From Chiloscyllium plagiosum (lineage: Eukaryota): 64,000 bases of DNA. Under the pieces are notes generated by a model that saw only the letters and a program-made list of their open reading frames with translations, was not told where the DNA came from and searched no databases. A program made the translations under genes and the position numbers. Shown here in pieces: positions 27,765-40,354 of this stretch (within the stretch, counting starts at the first letter, position 1; each line of letters opens with the position of its first letter). Location: positions 18,045,466-18,109,465 of the forward strand of contig NC_057750.1 in NCBI RefSeq assembly GCF_004010195.1. The letters are read 5' to 3'.

Positions 27765-28900
27765 CTGAAGAGAAAGAAAATTCTCAAATTAAATGACATT
27801 CAAGAAGTCAATTAAAAGGTCATTTAAGAGAACAATGGCGTTACGTTACATCAGCCCAACCAAGCTGCAGTGTATTTTATGAACCAAGAAGTTGTTTCTT
27901 TCACCAACCTAAAAACTGAGCACAAAATCAAAATATTGGTTTACAAATCTAGAATTCAATGCCTGGAAATGCAAAAGTTACAAAGGATGGGTGAGGAGGA
28001 ACGATAATTAAATGAGAAAACACTCGCATATCTAAAATGTACAAGGCAAAAAAACTCTTGAAGAAAACAAATTCCTTACATGAAGTTTTTGTTGCTGTCT
28101 TATGAGAACGAACATGATTGAAAAATAAATTATTTGAGGATAGCAGGAAGACGTAATTTGTCTTTAAACCTATGCCATCATTTCAGCAGGACACCCAATT
28201 ATAAATGCTTTTCAAGTTAAATAGCTTAGACAGAACTGCCTTGCCCATTTGGGTTACTTTTTGTTTTATAAGGAGGAAGATATTTTTGGTTTAGTACCAA
28301 TAAAAGCAATAGGAGCAGGAGAGGCCATATGTCCCTTCAAGCTTCACAAATCATTCAATAAGACAGCAGCTGATCGGATTCGAAGAGCATGGCGCTGGAA
28401 AAGCACCGTCAGTCAGGCAGCATCCGAGGAGCAGGAGAGTCGAAGTTTCGGACAGCCTTGACTTCACTTTCCTGCCTGTCCTACATAATCCTCAACTATT
28501 CAGAGTACAATGATCTGTTTGAATATGTTCTTCAAAATCAATGATGCTCACTGGGAAGTTCCTGCCCATCTTGATCTTAAATGGGAGTCCTTGGTTTGGA
28601 AGTGCTCCCAAAGTTCTCAATTCTCCCAGCAGGGAAAACTTACATCCAGCATCTAGTCTTTCAAGCTCCCTTGGAAAATTACATTTCAATAAAATCACCT
28701 CATTCCAGCTGTTTTGGGCCCCACCTGCTAAATAATCCATAAGACATCACCTTGAAGAATTAACTTCACAAACCTTATCTGAACAGCCTTCACCACTAAT
28801 ACCTCTTAAATAAGCTACCTAACATTACGAATACAGTAGGGACAGTCTAACAATTACCCTCTCGCCATAGTGTAACTTCTCTACTATAATCGATTGATTA

Positions 28901-28965
28901 TTTAGGGTGTAGGTTTGCTCGCTGAGCTGTAGGTTTGATATCCAGACATTTCATTACCTGGCTAG
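28901..28965 (-). mobile_element. Penelope pLTR fragment at the left inversion breakpoint
   Basis: Near-identical to ~31037-31101. Confidence 0.85.
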
Positions 28966-28966
28966 A

Positions 28967-29674
28967 GCTCTGATGAAAAGTCATCTAGGGTCAAAATGTT
29001 GGCTTGTTCTCTGGATGGATGCTGCCTGACCCACTGTGATCTCCAACGTTTGTTGTTTTCGGTTTGGAATCTTATCTAGGTCAGGATCCAAAGTAAAAAA
29101 AAACTTCAGGAATTCACAGCTATAACCACAAGTATGCTTTGGGGAATAATCTGTAAAACCATCTCTAGGGATTATTTTTAAAAACGAGAATGATCTGAGT
29201 GGGCAATGGAAGCAAAATCATAACTTGTTAATGTGATAGGAAGAATACCTATTCAGCTCAGACATGTGACCATCTTAACACCTTGTGTTTATCTCATTAC
29301 CTCTGAAATGTTTTGATTGGCCTGTTACTGCATGTTGTGATGAATGCCAGTGATCTCAAGTGGAACAGTGTATTTCCTAACTTTCACATTTATGCTTTTA
29401 GAACTAATCCTACATGTATGCTTCTGATTTTGGCACAGTAAAATACTCTTATTCAATGCTTGTCCTGCTCTATGCCATTCCACCCACTTCCTATGAAGCA
29501 ATGTTTTGATAACCATGTTCTACCTATGAATTTCCACTGACTTGACTCGTACAGCACTGGAAGAAACTCTTTACTGTGTAAGCTCTCTTTAAAGAGTATG
29601 ATTTCTCCAAAAACCTGAAAACTTCCTTGTGAAGTGCAGATCCATTCCCTTATGGAAATTATTATCTAAGTGAG
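28967..29674. repeat. Inverted duplication, left copy
   Basis: Reverse complement of 33075-34004 (excluding the insertion there), with few substitutions. Confidence 0.95.
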
Positions 29675-30239
29675 CTGCTTCCACAACTCTTTCAAGCAAT
29701 GCACTTCAGATCTTCTCAATGCGTTAATAAAAGTTTTGTTTGGCTTTCTTAGCTTTTTTTCCCCTCAATTAATGTTGAACTGTTATTTTAAATCTGTGGC
29801 TTTGAACCTTGCCTCATTCATCTGTCAACTGCCTTCATCCTGGGTGAAGTTGTGTAACTTTGAAGTTATCAAGATATTGATCAAATTTCAAATTAATTAT
29901 TCATTTGACCCTTCTGAGGGTTAACTGATTTCACTCCACAGATGCTGCCAGACCTACTGAGCGTTTCCAGCAATTTGATTTTGTTTTAAATGGGTTATAC
30001 TTCAACTATTATTGCCACTATATTTTGCGTTGTACATTGTTATTTATGATGTTGAATTTAAACTTGAAACCAAGTGCTAACTTTTTGTGATATCAGGAAG
30101 ACTTTGTTGACCTTAAACTAAATGGTAGGCGAGACACATGGAACTGCTGTCCTCATTTCACTAAAGGTTGGCATGCAGGCATAGCAAATACAGCAGAAAA
30201 CAAATGGAGTGTTAAACATTATTGCAAAGAAACTGATTG

Positions 30240-30998
30240 ATACAGACGAGAGTTGGAGAGCTAGGTGATGTGGTGCAATGAGAACAACCTCTCAACGTCA
30301 GCAAAACTAAAGGACTGATCATTGATTTCAGAAAGAACATGCCCTCCCACCTACGTCAACGGAACTGAGGTTGAGATGGTGGAGAGCGTCTAGTTCCTCT
30401 AACGATAACTGACAACCTATCCTGGACTTCCCACATAGATGCGATGGTCAACAAGGCACAACAACGCTGCCTCTTCCTCAAATGACTGAGGATATTTGGC
30501 ATGTCCAATCTCTACAAATGCACCATTGAAAGCCTACAGACCGGGTGCATAACAACCTGGTATGGTAACTGCTCTGTTCTGGACCATAAACTACAGAAGG
30601 TTGTGTGCATAGCCCAGACCATCTCGGAAGTCAACCTTCCACTCATAGACTCCATTTACACGGCTCACTACTGTCAACATCAATGACCAGTCGCACCCCA
30701 GTAATCTTCTACAATCTCTTCTGTCAAGCCGGAGATACAGAAGCCTGAACACACGCATTAGCAGGTTTAGGAGCAGTTTCTTCCCGGCTGTTATTAGACT
30801 GATGAATGGACCCTCTAGCCTCAAATAATACTGACCTTACTATCGTTGCTCTCGCCTAGTGTACACCCTGTGCAATGTAGCCTGTATGCCTCTAAGACTT
30901 TTTGATCTGTGCATCCTTGCTTACCAGGATCTGGCTGTACTTTTGGTAAACAAAGCTTTTCACTGTACTTCGGTACGCACGACGATAAATAATCAATC
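30240..30998 (+). mobile_element. Rex1/Babar LINE 3' part
   Basis: NVSKTKGLIIDFRK..DNLSWTSHID..LYKCTIES..GCITTWYGNC..KLQKVV. Confidence 0.85.
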
Positions 30999-30999
30999 T

Positions 31000-33074
31000 T
31001 TGCAAGGTTTGTGAAGGTTTAGAGCTCAGGTTGAGGTTTAGGGTGTAGGTTTGTTTGCTGAGCTGTAGGTTTGATAGCCAGACATTTCATTACCTGACTA
31101 GGTAACATCATCAGTGGCGACCTCCAAGTGAAGCGAAGCTGTTGTCTCCTGCTTCCTATTTATATGTTTGTCCTGGATGGGGTTCCTGGGGTTTGTGGTG
31201 ATGTCATTTCCTGTTCGTTTTCTGAGGGGTTGATAGATGGTATCGAGATCTATGTGTTTGTTTATGGCGTTGTGGTTGGAGTGCCAGGCCTCTAGGAATT
31301 CTCTGGCATGCCTTTGCTTAGCCTGTCCCAGGATAGATGTGTTGTCCCAGTCGAAATGGTGGTTTTTTTCCTCCGTGAGTAGGGCTACGAGGGAGAGACG
31401 GTCGTGTGTTTTTGTGGCTAACTGGTGGCTACCTTTCTTCCTGTTTGTCCTATGTAGTGTTTGTGGCAGTCCTTGCATGGAAATTTGTACACAACGTTGG
31501 TTTTGTCCATGGGTTATACTGGGTCTTTTAAGTTTGTTAGTTTTTGTTTGAGTGTGTTGGTGGGTTTCTGTGCTACTACGATTTCGAGGGGTCTTAGTGG
31601 TCTGGCTGTCATTTCTGAAACTTCTTTGATGTATGGTAAGGTGGTTAGGGTTTCTGGGTGTGTTTGGTCTGCTTGTCGTGGTTTGTTCTTGAGGAATCTG
31701 TGGACTGTATTTTTTGATATCCGTTCTTCTCGAATACGTTGTATAGGTGGTTCTCCTCTGTTTTCCGAAGTTCGTATGTGCTGCAGTGTGATGTGGCTCA
31801 TTGGAATAGTGTCCTGATACAGTTTCGTTTGTGTGTTCGGATGGTTGCTGGTGTAGTTAAGTATTTGGTCAATGTTTGTCGGTTTTCTGTATACGCAGGT
31901 TTGTAGTTCACCGTTGTCCATTCTTTTGACTGTGATGTCCAGGAATGTGAGTTTGTTGTCGCTTTCTTCCTCCTTGGTGAACTTTATGCCTGTGAGGGTG
32001 TTGTTGATGATGTTAAATGTCTCTTCTATCTTGTTTTGTTTTGTGATGACAAAGGTGTCATCTACGTAGCGGACCCAGATTTTTGGTTTGATGGTTGGTA
32101 GGGCTGTTTGTTCTAGTCTTTGCATTACTGCTTCTGCTATGAATGATAGCGTAGATCCCATAGGAGTGCCATTGGTTTGTTTGTAGACTATGTTGTTAAA
32201 GGTGACGTGGGTGGTGAGGCACAGATCCACTAGCTTCATGATGTTTTCGTTGGTAATGTGATTGATGGTGGTTGGGGTGTGTGTGATGGTCTCTTCTAAA
32301 AGTGTGGTAAGTGTTTCCTTTGCCAGGTCGATGTTGATGGAGGTGAACATTGCTGTTACGTCGAATGAGATCATTGTTTTGTCTTTCTCTATTTTGGTGT
32401 TTTTGATGATTTTAGGAATTCCTGGGTGCAGTGGTTGGAGTGCTGTGACTCTTCTACTAGGTATTTCAGTCTTGCGTGTAGTTCTTTGGCCAGTCTGTAA
32501 GTTGGTGTTCCGGGTAGTGAGACTTTGGGTCTGAGGGGGGCTCCTGGTTTATGGATCTTTGGTAGTCCGTAGAATCATGGGGTGTTGGTCCCGTCTGGTT
32601 TCATTTTTTGGAATTCCGTCTTGTTTAATTGTCCGGAATGGTGTAATTTTCTTCGGAGATATGTCATTTTGTTTCCTAGTTGTGGGGTCGGGTCTAGCGC
32701 CACCTGTTGGTAGGTGTTGGTGCCTGCGAGTAGTGCATTGGCTTTCTCTATGTAGTCCCTTCTGTTCAGGATGACTGTGAGCTGACCTTTGTCTGCAGGT
32801 AATATAACGATGTTTTGTCTTTTTTGAGGTTTTCTAGGGCTTTCTTTTCTTGTGTTCAGTTTGTTTCCTTCCCTCGTTCGGCTCAGAGTAGGTGCAACTG
32901 TCTGTCTGATCGTTTGTTGTGCTTCTTCCGTGAGTTTGTTGCCCTTCAATGTGGTTTCTTAAACTTAAACAAACTTAAAAGACCCAGTACATCCCATGGA
33001 CAAGACCAACGTCGTCTACAAAACTCCATGCAAGAACTGCCAGAAACACTACGTAGGACAAACAGGAAGAAAGT
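31000..33074 (-). mobile_element. Penelope-like element (RT + GIY-YIG + pLTR) with an inverted GIY-YIG fragment at ~32962-33074
   Basis: SFDVTAMFT, YKQTNGTPMGS, WVRYVDDTF, VYRKPT in ORF 31514-32374; C-terminal HHFDWDNTSIL..REFLEAWHS. Confidence 0.93.
31077..31118 (-). ncRNA. Minimal hammerhead ribozyme motif in the Penelope pLTR
   Basis: GCCA-CTGATGA-T-GTTACCT(agtc)AGGTAAT-GAAAT-GTC-TGGC; GAAAC>GAAAT is consistent with CpG decay. Confidence 0.65.
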
Positions 33075-34004
33075 CTCACATAGATGGTAATTTCCATAAG
33101 GGAATGGATCTGCACTTAACATGGAAGTTTTCAGGTTTTTGGAGAAATCATACTCTTTAAAGAGAGCTTACACAGTAAAGAGTTTCTTCCAGTGCTGTAC
33201 GAGTCAAGTCAGTGGAAATTCATAGGTAGAACATGGTTATCAAAACATTGCTTCATAGGAAGTGGGTGGAATGGCATAGAGCCGGACAAGCATTGAATAA
33301 GAGTATTTTACTGTGCCAAAATCAGAAGCATACATGTAGGATTAGTTAGGAGAAAGTGAGGACTGCAGATGCTGGAGATCAGAGCTTAAAAATGTGTTGC
33401 TGGAAAAGCGCAGCAGGTTGGGCAGCATCAAAGGAACAGGAGAATCGATGTTTCTGGCATAAGCCCTTCTTCAGGCTGAAGAAGGGCTTATGCCCTAAAC
33501 GTCGATTCTCCTGTTCCTTTGATTCTGCCTGACCTGCTGTGCTAATGTAGGATTAGTTCTAAAAGCATAAATGTGAAAGTTAGGAAATACACTGTTCCAC
33601 TTGAGATCACTGGCATTCATCACAACATGCAGTAACAGGCCAATCAAAATATTTCAGAGGTAATGAGATAAACACAAGGAGTTAAGATGGTCACATGTCT
33701 GAGCTGAATAGGTATTCTTCCTATCACATTAGCAAGTTATGATTTTGCTTCCATTGCCCACTCAGATCATTCAAGTGGTTTGTTTTTAAAAATAATTCCT
33801 AGAGATGGATTTATAGATTATTCCCCAAAGCATACTTGTGGTTATAGCTGTGAATTCCTGAAGATTTTTCTTTTACTTTGGATCCTGACCTAGATAAGAT
33901 TCCAAGCCGAAAACAACAAACGTTGGAGATCACAGTGGGTCAGACAGCATCCACCCAGAGAGAACAAGCCAACATTTTGACCCTAGATGACTTTTCATCA
34001 GAGC
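33075..34004. repeat. Inverted duplication, right copy (contains a later insertion at 33348-33544)
   Basis: Reverse complement of 28967-29674. Confidence 0.95.
33348..33544. mobile_element. Non-autonomous Penelope-derived fold-back element
   Basis: 14-bp TSD ATGTAGGATTAGTT (33334-33347, 33545-33558); the empty site is visible in the left duplicate; palindrome centred at 33475. Confidence 0.92.
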
Positions 34005-36059
34005 CCTCTCTGTTCTCTCCATGGATGCTGTCTGACCGGCTGCGATCTCCAGCATTTGTTTTCAGGACAGATTCCAGCATTTGAATTAATTTGTTCCCAC
34101 TGACACTCCAAGCCATTATCTTCTAGGTACAGAAGCCCATTTTTGTGCTAGTGTTAAACAAAATACTAACAACATGATATATTACATCCACCACAAGACA
34201 TACTGCAAGAGCAGCTGAAATATTATTTTTGTTTGATTTCTGGTTTCCAGATTTTTGCTTTTGTTCTAGTGCCTGTGTTTACCAACATGCACAGACCAGG
34301 AATTTACCTGAATTAAAGGACTAGCCTTAATGATAATCACTGATGTTGCTCAAAGTACTTTAAGCTAAAGTACTTGAAGCAACATCAGTGATTAGCTTTA
34401 GCTTAAAAGTATATTAGCATAAAGCACACTTGCTCATAAGCAAGACATTTGGTCCTATTCCACCTCACAACTGCAGTATATTCAGACATGTAATCAATTT
34501 TCTAAACAGATCATACAAGAATTGGCAATACATTTAGCTCACCACCACTACTTGAGGCTTATCTCCAGTCCAAGGATCTGTAAAATTTTAGTAGTCATTT
34601 GTCACATTGCCAGAAAGAATGAACAGTTATTCAAAGTTGCAATTGCAAATATTTGAAATCTCAACCACTAACTTCTGTAAACCTCAGAGATAAATTGAAG
34701 GGTACAAGTAATCAATTGATTAATTGGAAATGTTAATCACATTCACCCCTCATATGAATAGGATGTTCCTCCTTCATCCTCTTATACGGTTGATCACATC
34801 ATAGGAACACAGCACTTAGTAATCGAAAGCCATTTGGCCCTTCAGGCCTATTCCACTATTCAATATCATGGTGCATCTGGTCGTGGTCTCAGCTCCACTT
34901 TTCTATCTGCATTCCATTGCCCTCAATTCCCTTATCGATCAAAAATATAACTCAGCTGTGAATAATTTTAAAGATCCAGCCTGTACTATCAAGAAGTAAA
35001 TTCTACCTAACAAAAATAACTGAACAAAAAATGATTTTCCTTGTCAGTCTTAAAACGGAGATTTTTTTAAGCTATTCATCCTGGTTTTAATCTCCCTCAA
35101 AAGGAAATATCATCCTGGTATCTACCTTCTCCAGTCAGTCATTCTGATGACCACCATTCGTGGCTGTACTAAGCTGTGAACTGGCCCACAGAAACAGAAG
35201 TGTCAACACTAACGGAGGAGTCACAAAGGATAGACTGGTCACATTGACACAGAAAGCTCCAGTCAGTTGGATCGTTTGCATTGTGGTCAAAGGTGTTTTA
35301 CTGAAAAATCCTTTCCAGACTTCCATCAACAGACCCACATGTCACATCAAGGTTCGGTGGGAAGGGAGATTTTAGACCCTGACCAACAGTTCCCCAGTTT
35401 ACAGAATGCTTTACAGCCAAAACTTCCAAAGCTATATCTGGGAAGAAATCAAAAGATTCTTGCTCAGGCTTATCCACTTCCTCTTATTTCATAAGTTAGT
35501 ACTCTTCCATTTGACCACACATAAAATCATAGAATCCCTACAGTATGGAAGCAGGCCATTCAGCCCACTGAGTCAACACCAACTTGGAGGAAACACTGAG
35601 CATGGCAAGGTCCCAGAAAGTATTTTGATAATGTTCATCACCAAGAGTGAATCAGCTACTGACCAAGCTGGTTGAATTCTAAAGGGGATAGCTGCTTGAC
35701 TGTGTCTGGCAGGCAATAGGGGGAAAAAAAACAAAGTTAACCAACAGGGAACAACAAACTTGAATTCACCTCCTTACCAGAGATGCATCTGTTCATGACA
35801 ATGAGATTGACCACTGCACATTTCTCATGGAGGCAAAATCCCATATTCACAACCAGGACACTTGGGTCATGTGGCATGAATATTGTACTAAAGGTGATAG
35901 ACTTATACCAGAACTTTGTATCTGGTTGTTATGGTGGTTAAGACACTGAACATTTTTACACAAAGTTGGCAATAAAAAGTTGTTATAGCCCTCTCAGACC
36001 ATAAAGTTATTCTTGCATTATAGAGACATGAATGATGGTGGTTTAACCCCTCAAGTTCA

Positions 36060-36426
36060 TCTGTCTCATCTCCCACAATTCTGCCCTCACCTTTTTCCAG
36101 AACAATGACGGGGTTCCACTGTCCTTACTTTCCACTCACCAGTCTCCACATTCAAAGGATCATCCTACATCCAGCAGGATACCACCAATAAACACATTCT
36201 CCCTTTGCTCCTAGTATCAGTTCACAAGGGCTACGATCTCTTGGTCCACTCCTAATGTTTCCTCACACCCCTACTGCACCTTCTCATGTAATGGCAGAAT
36301 GTGCAATATTTGCTTATTCAGCTCCTTCCTCCTCATTGTCCAAGGCTCTAAATATACCTTCTAGGAGAAAAACTTGTACTCCTCTGAATCTAGTCTACTG
36401 CATTCACTGCTCACATTGCAGTCTCC
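36060..36426 (+). mobile_element. Decayed Penelope (Neptune-like) GIY-YIG fragment
   Basis: LTFH and TCTPLNLVYCIHCSHC motifs. Confidence 0.65.
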
Positions 36427-36999
36427 TTCAGAGGTAATGAGATAAACACAAGGTGTTAAGATGGTCACATGTCTGAGCTGAATAGGTATTCTTCCTATCA
36501 CATTAACAAGTTATGATTTTGCTTCACCTTGAAGAATTAACTTCACAAACCTTATCTGAACAGCCTTATTACTCAAGAGTAGATCACATTTTGCACCTTC
36601 TCTAGGTGTTACATCCACATACTGAATCAGAAAATTTTCTTGTACTCACTTCACAAATTCCTCTCCATCCAAGCTCTTAACGGAATGGCAGTCCAATCTG
36701 TGTTTGGAAAGTTAAACTTCATGACCATAACCACCCTATTATTCTTACAGATCATTGAGATCACCTTAGAAATTTGTTTCTCAATTTCCTGCTGACTAAA
36801 CCTCCCCCACCCCCCTCCCCCAATAAAGTACAATCCCAATAAGGTGATCATTCCAGTATTGCTCCAGAGACAGTATACAGTTATCTGACTTTTGGATAAT
36901 CCGAACAAGATCTCTAAGTCCCGTAAAAACATTATCCTAACAACATATTTCCCGCCCATCTCGTTCGGATAATCAAGGTTGTTCTGTATTCCTGTTAGG

Positions 37000-38975
37000 G
37001 TGAAGGGCAAGGCTGGTTATTCAGGAATGCTGGATGACTAAAGAAATTGAGGTTTTATTCAAGAATAAGAAAGAAATTATGAGTGAATCCTTAGAAGAGT
37101 GTAAAGGGAGCAGGAGTATACTTAAGAGAGAAATCAGGAGGGCAAAAAGGGGACATAAGATAGCTTTGGCAAATAGGATTAAGAAGAATACAAAGGGATT
37201 CTACAAGTGCAATAAGGAGATAACAGTAACAAGGAAGAGAACAGAGCCCGTTAAGGATCAGCAAGGCCACTTTTGTGTGAAACTGCAGCAGATGAGGGAG
37301 ATACTAAGTGAGTGTTTCGCATCAGTGCTTACTGTGGAAAAGGATATGGAAGATAGAGAAAGTGGGGAAATAAATAGCAACATCTTGAAAAATGTCCATA
37401 TTGCTGAGGAGGGGGTTCTGGACTTTTTTAAAGTGCATGAAGATTGATTAATCTAGGGACCTGATCAGGTGTACTCTAGAACTCCATGGGAAGCTAAGCA
37501 AGTGATTGCTGGGCTCTTTGCTGAGATATTTGGATTATTAATAGTCACAGGTTAGGTGCCAGAAGACTGGAGGTTGGCTAATGTGGTGCCACTATTTCAG
37601 AAAGGTCATAAGGAAAAGCCAGGGAACTACAGGCTGGTGAGCCCAACACCAATGGTGAGCAAGTTATTGGAAGGAATCCCGAGAGACAGAAATTTACATG
37701 TATTTGAAAAAGCAAGGACTGATTAGGGATAGTCAACATTGTGCATGGGAAATAGCGTCTCACTAACTTGATCGAATTTTTTGAAGCAGTAACAGAGGAT
37801 TGAGGAGGGCAGAGCGGTAGACATGATTGATATGGACTTCAGTAAGGCATTGAACAAGATTCCTCATGGTAGACTAGTTAGCAAGTTTAGATCACATGGA
37901 ACACAGGGAGAACTAGCCATTGGATACAGAACTGGCTCGAAGGTAGAAGAGAGAGGGTGGTGTTGGAGGAATGTTGCTTTTCAGATTGAGGGCCTGTGAC
38001 CAGCAAGGCGCCACAAGGATCAGTGCTGGGTCCACTGCTTTTCATCATTTATATAAATGATTTGGAGGTGAACAAAGGAGGTATGGTTAGTAAGCTTGCA
38101 AATGACACCAAAATTGGAGGTGTAATGACAGTGAAGAAAGTTACCTCTGAGTACAACAGGATCTTGATCAGACGGGCCGATGAGCTAAAAGTAGATAAAT
38201 GTGAGATGTTGCATTTTGGAAAGGTAAATCAAGGCTGGAAGTATATACTTAGTGGTAAGACCCTGGAAACTGTTGCTAAACAGAGACCTTGGAGTGCAAG
38301 TTCATAGTTCCTTGAAAGCGGGGTTGCAGGTAGATAGGCTAGTGAAAGCATTTGGTATGCTTGCCTTTACTGGTCAGTGCATTCAGTATAAGAGCTGGGA
38401 GGTCATGAGGTACAGAACATTGGTTAGACCACTTTCGGAATACTGCGTGCAATTCTGGTTTCCCTGCTGTAGGAAGGATGTTGTGAAACTTGAAAGGGTT
38501 CAGAAAAGATTTACAAGGATGTTGCCAGGGTTGGAGGGTTTGAGCTACAGAGAGAAGCTGAATAGGCTGGGGCAATTTTCCCTGGAGTAGAGGAGGCTGA
38601 GGGGTAACCTTGTTGAGGTTTATAATATCATGAGAGCATGGATTGGTTGAATAGGCAAGGTCTTTGCCTCAGGGTAGCAGAGTCCAAAACTAGACAGCAT
38701 AGGTCTAAGGTGAGAGGGGAAAGATTTAAAACAGACCTGAGAGGCAATGTTTTCACGCAGAGGGTATTGGTGGTGTGTGGAATGAGCTGTCAGAGAAAAT
38801 GGAGGCGGCTGGTACAATTATAACAGTTAAAAGACATCTGGATAGGTATATGAATCGGAAGCTTGAGAGGGATAGGGTAGAATGCTGGGAAATAGAACAA
38901 GATTAATTTAGGATGTATGGTTGGCATGGATGAGTTGGAACGAAATGCCTGCTTCCATGCTGTGCAACTCTATAA
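37000..38975 (+). mobile_element. CR1/HER1 ORF2 3' two-thirds (with an inverted EN fragment at ~36570-36875)
   Basis: PQGSVLGPLLFIIYINDL..SKLANDTKIGG..LERVQKRFTRMLPGL, 3' UTR. Confidence 0.9.
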
Positions 38976-40059
38976 CTAAGGTCTGGCAGCATCTATGGAG
39001 AGATAGCAGAGTTAACATTTCAGGTCAAGTGACTCTTCTTCAGAATCCAGGAAAGGTATTTGAATGGTCATTCAAGTCTACTCTCTCAGATTTATCCAAT
39101 ATGACAGAGAACTGTCAAGGCTGGGTTGTTAAGTATATTCAAGGTAAATGGATTTGTGATCAGCAAGGGAATCAAGGGTCATCAGGATAAAGCAGGAAAG
39201 TCAAGTTGAAGTTTATCGGGTCAGTCATGATTTCATTGAATGAAGGAGTGGACTGGATTGTTGACTGGCCTATTTCTGATCCTCGATCTTATGGTCTTAT
39301 TTCCATCAGTTGGGATCTTAATAATATTTCTTGACTTGCGTTCAGAATAGTCATTGGTAACAATACATGTTAGAACCAACAAAGGGACAGGTCATGTTAA
39401 ATTTAGTAATTAGTAGTGAGCAAGAATTAGTTAATCTAATGTTGTGTGAATATTTATCCAATAAGTCAACCATAATACTGAGTTATTGTTTCAGAGAGGA
39501 AAATGATATGAGAGTAAATTTGCAAGGAACAAAAACAGATTATAAAAGCAAGATCTTTTACGTTGTGCATTTCAGCATGGACTGCTTCATTATGTGAAGA
39601 GGGACAAATGGTGCTGAACATTGCACAATTATCAGCAAACATCCTCACTTCTGATCTTTTGGTGGAAGGTCATTGATGAAGCAACATAAAATGATTGGGC
39701 CTAGGACACTATCCTGAGGAACTCCTGTAGAGCTGTTCTGCAGCTAAGATGATTGACCTCAGGACATTGGTAAGGCCTTTTCTGGAGTATTATGTGCAGT
39801 TCTGGTTATAGGAAAGATATTATTAAACTGGAGGGGGTTCATAAAAAATTACCTCGATGTTGCACGGAATAAAGGGTTTGAGGTATAAAAATAGACTGGA
39901 AAGTCTGGGACTTTTTTCACTGGAGTGTGGGAAGTTCAGGAGTGACCTGATTGAGGTTTTATATAATCATGAGAGGCATAGATAAGGTGAATGACTGAGG
40001 CCTTTTGCCTAGGGTGGGAGAGTTCAAAACAAGGTGGCATACCTTGAATGACAGAATAA

Positions 40060-40344
40060 GGCAGCACAGTGGCGCAGGGATAGCACTGCTGCCTCACAGC
40101 ACCAGGTACCCGGGTTCGACTCCAGCCTCGGACAACTGTCCGTGTGGAGTTTGTAATTTCTCCTCCTCCCACAATCCAAAGATGTGCAGGTGAGGTGAAT
40201 TGGCCATGCTAAATTGCCCATAGTGTTCAGGGATGTGTAGGTTAGGGGTAAATGTAGAGCAATGGGTTTGGGTGGAATACTCTTCAGAGGGTTGGTGTGG
40301 ACTTGTAGGGCCGAAGGGCCTGTTTCCACACTGTAGGGATTCTA
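40060..40344 (+). mobile_element. HE1-type V-SINE inserted in a CR1 3' end
   Basis: tRNA-like head, V-domain, tail. Confidence 0.85.
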
Positions 40345-40354
40345 AATAAAAATA

